Origin: Clostridiales bacterium
GTDB lineage: Bacteria > Bacillota > Clostridia > Lutisporales > Lutisporaceae
Assembly: GCA_012521375.1 (NCBI GenBank)
Contig: JAAYMO010000109.1
Span: forward strand, 1,291-65,290
Length of the DNA stretch: 64,000 nucleotides
Direction of reading: 5' to 3'
A program made the translations under genes and the position numbers. Under the pieces are notes generated by a model. The model was not told where the DNA came from. It made no database searches and saw only the letters and a program-made list of their open reading frames with translations. Below, in pieces: positions 56,952-64,000 of the stretch; position 1 is the first letter of the stretch, and each line of letters starts with the position of its first letter.

Positions 56952-59900
56952 ATGAGCCTTCGAATAATATATGGCAGAGCCGGCTCCGGCAAAAGCCGTT
57001 TTTGCATAGAGGACATAAAAAGGAGCAAAATCAAATATCCTGAAAAAACATTGATACTTATGGTGCCTGAACAATTTACATATCAGGGAGAGAAGAATGT
57101 AGTTGAAGCTCTGGGCGCATCAGGACTTGGAGAAGCAGAAGTAATGAGTTTTAAAGGTTTGGCTCGTCGTGTACTGGACCAGGTGGGTGGAGGAGCCAGA
57201 CAGCATGTGAGTTCGGCGGGAAAAGCCATGATTTTATACAATATATTAGAAAACAATAAAACCAACTTCAAAGCTTTTGGAAGATCGGCAGGCCAAAGAG
57301 GTTTTGTTGATCGATTGTCGTCAATGCTCAGTGAGCTTAAAAGATATAATGTAAGTCCTGATTTGCTTTGGGTAGTAAAGGATCAGGTGGAAGACAGATA
57401 TTTGAAAGATAAGCTGGAGGATTTATCCCTCATATTCAAAGATTATGAAGAATTGGTACATAATAGATACATAGATACAGATGATGATTTGACTATTCTT
57501 GCTCAGCGGATGGACAAGAGCCAAATGTTAATGGATGCTGAGATTTGGATTGATGAATTTTCCGGTTTTACACCTCAAGAATATGAGGTAATAAAAAAAC
57601 TTTTGAAATTATGCAGCCGGGTTAATATAACCCTTTGTACCGACTGTCTTGTAGATAAGGAAAAGATACAGGATGTAGATGTTTTTTCTCCCACCAAATA
57701 TACAAGCAGTCGTTTGATTGAAATGGCTGAGGAAATAGGAGTGGAGATAGAAAAACCTATAAGGTTGGAAGGAGACATACCTTGGAGGTTTTCTGACAAT
57801 AAGGCTATGATGCATCTGGAGAAGAATTTTTTCCGATATCCTTACGACATCTATAAAGAGAAAACAGAAAGCTTAGGTATAATGTCTGCTGCAAATCCTT
57901 ATAGCGAAGTTGAAGCTGTGGCGCGTCAACTCATTGAGTTTTGCAGAGATAAAGGATTGAGATATAAGGATATGGCAGTAGTTACCAAAGACTTGGACGG
58001 TTATGAGAAACTCATCAGAGTGATTTTCACTCAATATGGAATACCTTTCTTTATCGATAAAAAGAGAGTTGTGGCGGATCATCCTCTAGCCTTACTGGTG
58101 CTATCTGCCATCAGCATCATACAGAAAAATTTCACTTATGAAACCATGTTCAGATACCTAAAAACAGGGTTGACAGGTATTGATAGGTCAGATGTGGATC
58201 TTATAGAAAACTATGTTTTGGCCAATGGGATAAGGGGTAACCAGTGGTATAGCCAAAATCCATGGACTTATAGGCTCAATCATTCCTTTGAAGAGGAACC
58301 ATCCCAAGAAGAAAATGAAACAATAGATAAGGTGAACATGATAAAACAGAGCATTATAGAGTCGCTGCTTATACTGAAAGATGGACTGAAGAAAAACAAA
58401 TCAGCAAAGGAAATGATTAAATGCCTATATGAATTTTTATGTCAAATAGGCATTCCTGAGCGTATAGAAAATTTAATCGATTTATACAGTCAAAGAGGAG
58501 ATCTGGAAATTGCAGATGAGTATAGGCAGATATGGGATGTGATAATACAAGTTCTGGATCAAATTGTAGAGGTAATGGGTGCGGAAACTCTTGATATAGA
58601 TACTTTATATAATTTATTGTATATAGGTTTTACCCAGCATCATATGGGGATAATACCACATTCTGCAGACCAGCTTCTGGTAGGAAGCGTTGATAGGTGG
58701 AGAAGCCACGAAATTCAATGCCTTTTTATTCTAGGTGTAAATGATGGAGTTTTTCCAGCGTCAGCAAAGGATGAGGGGATGCTGTCGGATAAAGATCGAG
58801 AGGTGCTAAAATCCTTAGGTTTAGAACTGGCACTGGATACAAAGTCAAAATCCTTTCAGGAGCAATACCTCCTTTATACCACATTGACTAAGGCGGAAAA
58901 GTATGTAAGACTCAGCTATCCTATTGCTGATCATGAAGGGAAAGCGTTAAGGCCTTCTTATGTAATCAGCAGATTAAAAAGAATTTTTCCAAATATGGAA
59001 TGCAAGAGCAATGTGTTAAGCCTTGGAGAAACAATAGATCTTATCGGTCCTCCCATGCCTTCTTTTAATTATCTGATAGGTTTTCTAAGGGCTCTTATGA
59101 AAAATGAAAAAGATGCTGAAATATGGAAAGATGTATATCTATGGTTTATGGAACAAGAAGAATGGCGTCAAAAGCTTCAAAATGTCACTGAAGGTTTATA
59201 CTATAACAATGAAGAAAAACCTCTTGGAAAAGAAAAAGTAAGTAAATTTTATGGAAATGTCTATTATTCCAGTGTATCCCGTTTGGAAAGATTCGCTTCT
59301 TGCCCCTTTGCTTATTATGTTGAATATGGATTAAAGGCGAAGGAACGTAAAATCATGAAGCTGAAGGCTCCCGATATAGGAAGCTTTCTACATCTTGTAA
59401 TAAGCAAATTCTCGGAAGCATTGAAAGAACATGGATTGGAATGGAGAGATTTGGACCAGGAATGGTGCCGGACTGAAGTATCAAAAATAGTGGAAGAGAT
59501 AGTTGAATCTGCTCAGGACATTCCCTTCAAAAGATCTAAAAGATATAACTATTTGAAAGAAAGGCTTAAAAAAGTAGTAGTAAGATCTATTTGGCTCATT
59601 GCTGAGCATGTAAAGAGAAGCGGTTTTGAGCCTATTGCCTATGAGGTAGCCTTTGGCCAAACTGATGAACTTCCTGCTTTAACTTTGGAACTGCCGGAGG
59701 GGGAAAAAGTTATCCTCACCGGAAGGATTGATAGAATAGATTTGCTGGAAACAGATAAAGGTAGCTATGTAAGGATTATAGATTATAAATCCGGTTCCAA
59801 GGATTTTAAACTTTCCGATGTTTACAACGGTATTGAGCTTCAACTTATAACCTACCTAAGTGCCATATGGGAAAAGGGGCTAAAAGATAAAAAAGAGCCA

Positions 59901-60401
59901 TTTATACCTGCAGGTATACTCTATTTTAAGTTAGATGACCCTATTATAAAGGCAGATGGAAAGGATAGGGAGAAAGACGTAGAAGAAGAGTTAATGAAAA
60001 AAATGAAAATGAAAGGGCTGATTTTGGCTGATAAAGAAGTCATCACCCAGATGGATAAAACCATAAGCGGAGATTCTCTGATTATTCCTGCTAGCATCAA
60101 AAAAGACGGCAGTTTAGGCCAAAGATCTTCTGCAGCAACATTGGAGCAGTTTGAGCTTCTTAAAGAACATGTGAGGAAAACTTTGATGAAATTGTGTCAC
60201 CAGATGTTATCAGGCAATATATCCATTTCACCTTATAGAAGAAGAAAATATATTTCCTGTTCATATTGTTCTTACTCTTCAATATGCAGATTTGAAAAGG
60301 AAATAAACAGGTACAGAATAATAGGAGATATGAAAGATGAAGAAGTATGGAAGAGGTTGAATAAGACCAGAGAAGACAAGGGAGGTGAAGATGTTGGCTA
60401 A
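56952..60401 (+). CDS. addB: ATP-dependent helicase/nuclease subunit B
   Basis: YGRAGSGKS, VPEQFT, IDEFSGF, SVSRLE.FASCPF, GRIDRID, IIDYKSG, CSYCSYSSICRF (Fe-S cysteines). Confidence 0.95.
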   Translation: MSLRIIYGRAGSGKSRFCIEDIKRSKIKYPEKTLILMVPEQFTYQGEKNVVEALGASGLGEAEVMSFKGLARRVLDQVGGGARQHVSSAGKAMILYNILENNKTNFKAFGRSAGQRGFVDRLSSMLSELKRYNVSPDLLWVVKDQVEDRYLKDKLEDLSLIFKDYEELVHNRYIDTDDDLTILAQRMDKSQMLMDAEIWIDEFSGFTPQEYEVIKKLLKLCSRVNITLCTDCLVDKEKIQDVDVFSPTKYTSSRLIEMAEEIGVEIEKPIRLEGDIPWRFSDNKAMMHLEKNFFRYPYDIYKEKTESLGIMSAANPYSEVEAVARQLIEFCRDKGLRYKDMAVVTKDLDGYEKLIRVIFTQYGIPFFIDKKRVVADHPLALLVLSAISIIQKNFTYETMFRYLKTGLTGIDRSDVDLIENYVLANGIRGNQWYSQNPWTYRLNHSFEEEPSQEENETIDKVNMIKQSIIESLLILKDGLKKNKSAKEMIKCLYEFLCQIGIPERIENLIDLYSQRGDLEIADEYRQIWDVIIQVLDQIVEVMGAETLDIDTLYNLLYIGFTQHHMGIIPHSADQLLVGSVDRWRSHEIQCLFILGVNDGVFPASAKDEGMLSDKDREVLKSLGLELALDTKSKSFQEQYLLYTTLTKAEKYVRLSYPIADHEGKALRPSYVISRLKRIFPNMECKSNVLSLGETIDLIGPPMPSFNYLIGFLRALMKNEKDAEIWKDVYLWFMEQEEWRQKLQNVTEGLYYNNEEKPLGKEKVSKFYGNVYYSSVSRLERFASCPFAYYVEYGLKAKERKIMKLKAPDIGSFLHLVISKFSEALKEHGLEWRDLDQEWCRTEVSKIVEEIVESAQDIPFKRSKRYNYLKERLKKVVVRSIWLIAEHVKRSGFEPIAYEVAFGQTDELPALTLELPEGEKVILTGRIDRIDLLETDKGSYVRIIDYKSGSKDFKLSDVYNGIELQLITYLSAIWEKGLKDKKEPFIPAGILYFKLDDPIIKADGKDREKDVEEELMKKMKMKGLILADKEVITQMDKTISGDSLIIPASIKKDGSLGQRSSAATLEQFELLKEHVRKTLMKLCHQMLSGNISISPYRRRKYISCSYCSYSSICRFEKEINRYRIIGDMKDEEVWKRLNKTREDKGGEDVG

Positions 60402-63400
60402 TTGGACTAAGGAGCAGTTATCTGCAATAGATACTTCTGGTTGTGATTTACTGGTAGCAGCAGCGGCAGGTGCCGGCAAGACGGCAGTGCTGGTAGAGAG
60501 AATTATAAAAAGAATAATAGATGAATCAAATCCTATTGATATTGATAATATGCTGATAGTAACCTTTACCAATGCGGCAGCTTCGGAAATGAGGGAGAGA
60601 ATAGGAGAGGCATTGGGGAAGGAGTTGGAGAAAAAACCAGAGTCTTATAAACTTCAAAGGCAGATGCTTCTCCTCAACAAAGCTAGTATTACTACTATCC
60701 ATTCATTTTGTATGGATGTGGTTAAGAATAATTTTCACATGCTGGATTTGGATCCAAATTTTCGAATAGCAGATGAAACAGAAAGCCTTTTGCTGAAACT
60801 AGAGGCTCTGGAGGAATTATTTGAGCAGAAGTATGAAGAAGAGGATATGGATTTTATATATATTTTGGATCGATATGGAGGAAACAGGGATGACGAAAGA
60901 CTTAAGGACATGGTTTTGAATATATATGAATTCGTCCAGAGCAGTCCCTGGCCTGAAGAATGGATGGACAAGGCTCTGAAATCCTATGACACATCAGAAC
61001 AATGGGATTTTTCCCAGACTCCTTGGGCTAAGATTATAATGGATTTTGCAAAAGTAGAAATCCAAGGGGCATTGAATCAGCTGATTAAGGCGAGAAAAAT
61101 AGCTGAAGACAATATAGGTTATGAAAAATGTGCAGACCAATTGGATAATGACATACAAATGATAATGAAACTTAAAGAATCCGGAGAGGAATCTTGGGAT
61201 CAAATGTATAAAGCCTACAGCACCTTAGAGTTTTCTAGACAGCAAAGCCCTGATAAAAAAGCGGACAAAACAGATTACGAGGTTTTAAAAGCGTTGAGAA
61301 AGGAAGCCAGAGATAGAATCAATGCTCTGGGAGATGGTTTTTTCAACTGCAGTTCTGAAGATATAAAAGGAGATCTTGAAGCTTTATATCCTGTAATATC
61401 TACACTAGGCCATTTGGTTTCTTCCTTTAGCAGAATATATATGGAAAAAAAGAAGGAAAAAGCTATTATAGATTTTAATGATTTGGAGCATTTTTGTCTT
61501 AATATACTAATTGAAAAGGATGACAAAGGAAATACTAAACCTTCACCGGTAGCCTTGAGTATAAGGGATCGCTTTAAAGAAATCCTTGTGGATGAATATC
61601 AGGACAGCAATTTAGTTCAAGAGGCTATTTTATCAGTGATATCCAAAAGAGATGAAAATAATCCCAATATGTTCATGGTGGGAGATGTTAAACAGAGCAT
61701 ATACAGATTCAGGCAAGCCAAACCTGAGTTGTTTTTAGATAAATATGAGAGGTACTCGGAAAAAGAAGGTTCCAGGGAGAGGAAAATAAAGCTGTTTAAG
61801 AATTTCAGAAGCAGAAAAGAAGTGCTGGAAGGAGTCAATTTTATTTTCCGTCAGATTATGTCTCCCTATCTGGGGGAGATAGATTACAATGAAGAAGAAT
61901 TTTTGAACCCCGGAGCAGTTTATCCCTCTGTGGACACAGAAAAATCTACCACTAACCATGAAATAGAATTGCATATTGTTGATTTTAGTGAAGATGAAAT
62001 GATTAAAGAAGAACAAGAGGAAGAAAAAAATATTGAAACGGAAGATATTGAGGATTTAGATGCGGTGCAAACCGAAGCAAGACTCATAGGGCAAAGGATT
62101 CTAAATCTTATGGGTATGACCAAAGACAGTCCGGGGCCTTTTAGAGTATATGATAGGGAATTGAATGATTACAGAGATATTATGTATAAAGATATTGTAA
62201 TATTATTAAGAACGGTGCGAGGCTGGGCAGAAGTATTTCTACAGGAATTGGAGGCCATGGGGATCCCTGTATTTGCCGACACAGGTACTGGATTTTTCCA
62301 AAGGCCGGAAGTTCAGGTGGTCATGTCGCTTCTTCAGATAATCGATAATCCTATGCAGGATATTCCACTGATATCTGTGCTTAGATCACCTATAGCAGGA
62401 TTTACCTCTGAAGAACTTATGGATATCAGACTTGAAGATAAGGAAAGCAGTTTTTATGATGCTTTGAAAAAAATCAGCCTCAAAGAAGATGATTTAGGGT
62501 CAAAAGCCAAAGATTTTTTGGAAAGGCTGGAAATATGGAGAGATAAAGCTCTGCATATGCCAACAGATGAACTTATATGGTATCTTATGAACCAAACAGG
62601 CTATTACAGCTTTGTGGGGGCAATGCCTCAGGGAAATCAAAGACAGGCAAATCTAAAGGTTTTATTTGAAAGAGCTAAGCAGTATGAGGAAACCAGTTTT
62701 AAAGGTTTATTTAACTTTATAAATTTCATCAATAAGCTGAAGACCAGCAGCGGAGATATGGGAAATGCCAAGATACTGGGAGAAAATGATGATGTAGTTA
62801 GAATAATGAGCATTCACAAAAGCAAAGGGCTGGAATTTCCTGTAGTATTTGTGGGAGGAACAGGCAAGAGATTCAATTTACGTGATGCCGGCAATACTTT
62901 GCTTCTCCATGAAGAATTGGGTTATGGTATTGACTTGGTAGATCCTATAAGGAGGATTTCCTATTCCACAGTGCCTAAGCTGGCTATAAAGCACAGGATA
63001 AAGCTGGAGAGCTTGTCCGAAGAAATGAGAATATTGTACGTTGCCATGACCAGAGCCAAAGAGAAACTTATTATAACAGGTTGTGATAATAATCTTGAAA
63101 AATCACTGATGAGATGGAGTGCTGCTTTAGACTTTTCAGAGGATAAACTGCCACCGGATTTGGTAGTGAGGGGACTAAGGTATCTGGATTGGATAGGTTT
63201 GGCTTTGATGAGACACAAGGATTTATGTAACTTAACGTCACCATATGATTTAAACTTTGACAATCCAAGGTTGATGGACAATGACCAATCCCAATGGAAT
63301 ATAAATTTATGGAAAAAAGATGACTTTCTAAGAACAAAATTGGAAGAAGATGAGAAACAAGAAGAACCAGATTTTCTTAAAGAACTGGAAGACCATATAG

Positions 63401-64000
63401 GAATAATTAAACCTAGGGAGGATATAGCTAGGAAACTGGAATGGTCATATCCATATGAAAAAGCTACTAAACTGCCTGCCAAGCTCACGGTAACCGAATT
63501 AAAAAGGATCAGGGCAGAAGCAGAAGAGGAACCAGCAGCTAATCTATACAAAACCCATTATCTTAAAAAGCCAAACTTTTTGAAAACCAGCGATGCCATG
63601 ACAGCTGCTGAAAAAGGTAGTGCCATGCATTATGTAATGCAGCACTTGGATTTGGATAAAACTGATACTTTAGAGGACATCGAGGAGCAGATTCAGAAAC
63701 TATATGAAGAAGAATTCATCATAGAACAATGGGCAAAAGCAGTAGATGCCAAAAAGATATACAAATTCTTTTCCTCGCCCATAGGCAAAAGGATAAAAAA
63801 AGCAGACAAAGTATACAGGGAGATGCCCTTCAATATAGAAGCAAGCTGGGAAGAAATATTTCCTGATGAAGAGGGTGTAAAATCTGAAGAGAAGATACTC
63901 ATTCAAGGCATCATAGATCTTTATTTTATGGAAGGGGAAAAGGTGATACTTCTAGATTATAAAACAGATTACGTAGACAAGAACAACATAGAAGATGTAA
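60391..64000 (+). CDS. addA: ATP-dependent helicase/nuclease subunit A (partial, runs off the window)
   Basis: Not in the ORF track because there is no stop in the window. ATG 60391 MLANWTKEQ...AAAGAGKTAVLVERI, TFTNAAASEM, VDEYQD, VGDVKQSIYRFR, IHKSKGLEFP, MRILYVAMTRA; IQGIIDL...LDYKTD at 63901 is in the same frame. Confidence 0.93.
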   Translation, partial: MLANWTKEQLSAIDTSGCDLLVAAAAGAGKTAVLVERIIKRIIDESNPIDIDNMLIVTFTNAAASEMRERIGEALGKELEKKPESYKLQRQMLLLNKASITTIHSFCMDVVKNNFHMLDLDPNFRIADETESLLLKLEALEELFEQKYEEEDMDFIYILDRYGGNRDDERLKDMVLNIYEFVQSSPWPEEWMDKALKSYDTSEQWDFSQTPWAKIIMDFAKVEIQGALNQLIKARKIAEDNIGYEKCADQLDNDIQMIMKLKESGEESWDQMYKAYSTLEFSRQQSPDKKADKTDYEVLKALRKEARDRINALGDGFFNCSSEDIKGDLEALYPVISTLGHLVSSFSRIYMEKKKEKAIIDFNDLEHFCLNILIEKDDKGNTKPSPVALSIRDRFKEILVDEYQDSNLVQEAILSVISKRDENNPNMFMVGDVKQSIYRFRQAKPELFLDKYERYSEKEGSRERKIKLFKNFRSRKEVLEGVNFIFRQIMSPYLGEIDYNEEEFLNPGAVYPSVDTEKSTTNHEIELHIVDFSEDEMIKEEQEEEKNIETEDIEDLDAVQTEARLIGQRILNLMGMTKDSPGPFRVYDRELNDYRDIMYKDIVILLRTVRGWAEVFLQELEAMGIPVFADTGTGFFQRPEVQVVMSLLQIIDNPMQDIPLISVLRSPIAGFTSEELMDIRLEDKESSFYDALKKISLKEDDLGSKAKDFLERLEIWRDKALHMPTDELIWYLMNQTGYYSFVGAMPQGNQRQANLKVLFERAKQYEETSFKGLFNFINFINKLKTSSGDMGNAKILGENDDVVRIMSIHKSKGLEFPVVFVGGTGKRFNLRDAGNTLLLHEELGYGIDLVDPIRRISYSTVPKLAIKHRIKLESLSEEMRILYVAMTRAKEKLIITGCDNNLEKSLMRWSAALDFSEDKLPPDLVVRGLRYLDWIGLALMRHKDLCNLTSPYDLNFDNPRLMDNDQSQWNINLWKKDDFLRTKLEEDEKQEEPDFLKELEDHIGIIKPREDIARKLEWSYPYEKATKLPAKLTVTELKRIRAEAEEEPAANLYKTHYLKKPNFLKTSDAMTAAEKGSAMHYVMQHLDLDKTDTLEDIEEQIQKLYEEEFIIEQWAKAVDAKKIYKFFSSPIGKRIKKADKVYREMPFNIEASWEEIFPDEEGVKSEEKILIQGIIDLYFMEGEKVILLDYKTDYVDKNNIEDV

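Noticed and set aside
764-63906. The many 60-200 aa ORFs antisense to or nested in long genes (for example 2112-2834, 43751-44296, 50173-50724, 62961-63551)
   Set aside because: Shadow ORFs opposite well-supported genes, with no RBS or family motifs.
1-64000. CRISPR arrays, tRNA/rRNA genes, transposases, integrases or prophage genes
   Set aside because: No regularly spaced direct repeats, cloverleaf or rRNA signatures, or DDE/recombinase motifs seen by eye; tRNAscan-SE, CRISPRCasFinder and ISEScan would confirm.

Overview
Low-GC, spore-forming clostridial-type chromosome segment; no rRNA, tRNA, CRISPR array or transposase seen. The dominant theme is tungsten/molybdenum-pterin cofactor biology, in three separate blocks tied together by four Moco/Tuco-type riboswitch aptamers read directly from the sequence (9415-9500, 33781-33887, 39251-39347, 44371-44470). 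Block 1 (3.6-9.5 kb, - strand): tungsten aldehyde oxidoreductase with a polyferredoxin subunit, MoaD and a NuoE/F/G-like (HydABC/Bfu-type) NADH module; its riboswitch appears to be wired ON. Block 2 (25.5-39.3 kb, - strand): two riboswitch-led operons that I cannot match to a described system. They encode an exported alkaline-phosphatase/NPP-superfamily enzyme, a full ECF transporter (S, A, A', T), a kinase-like protein, MobB, a 1515-aa SLH-anchored surface protein with 7 tandem sulfite-oxidase-fold (Oxidored_molyb-like) domains lacking the usual Mo-ligating Cys, three more exported proteins with that fold, FMN-binding domains with flavinylation motifs and a 4Fe-4S membrane protein. The working hypothesis is a cell-surface capture and import (salvage) system for Moco/Wco. 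Block 3 (43.2-51.6 kb, + strand): moaC, moaB/mogA, tupBCA, two moeA, moaA, MOSC. Also present: a ykkC-like leader RNA before GNAT-azlCD, T-box/ileS, ftcD, ndk, rtcB, patB, feoAB with a DtxR-family regulator, addB/addA (partial), and several damaged genes (ABC transporter deletion fusion, frameshifted MCP remnant, 5'-truncated Zn-PLC-like protein, lipoprotein with an in-frame UGA). All family calls come from motif recognition by eye; no database search was run.
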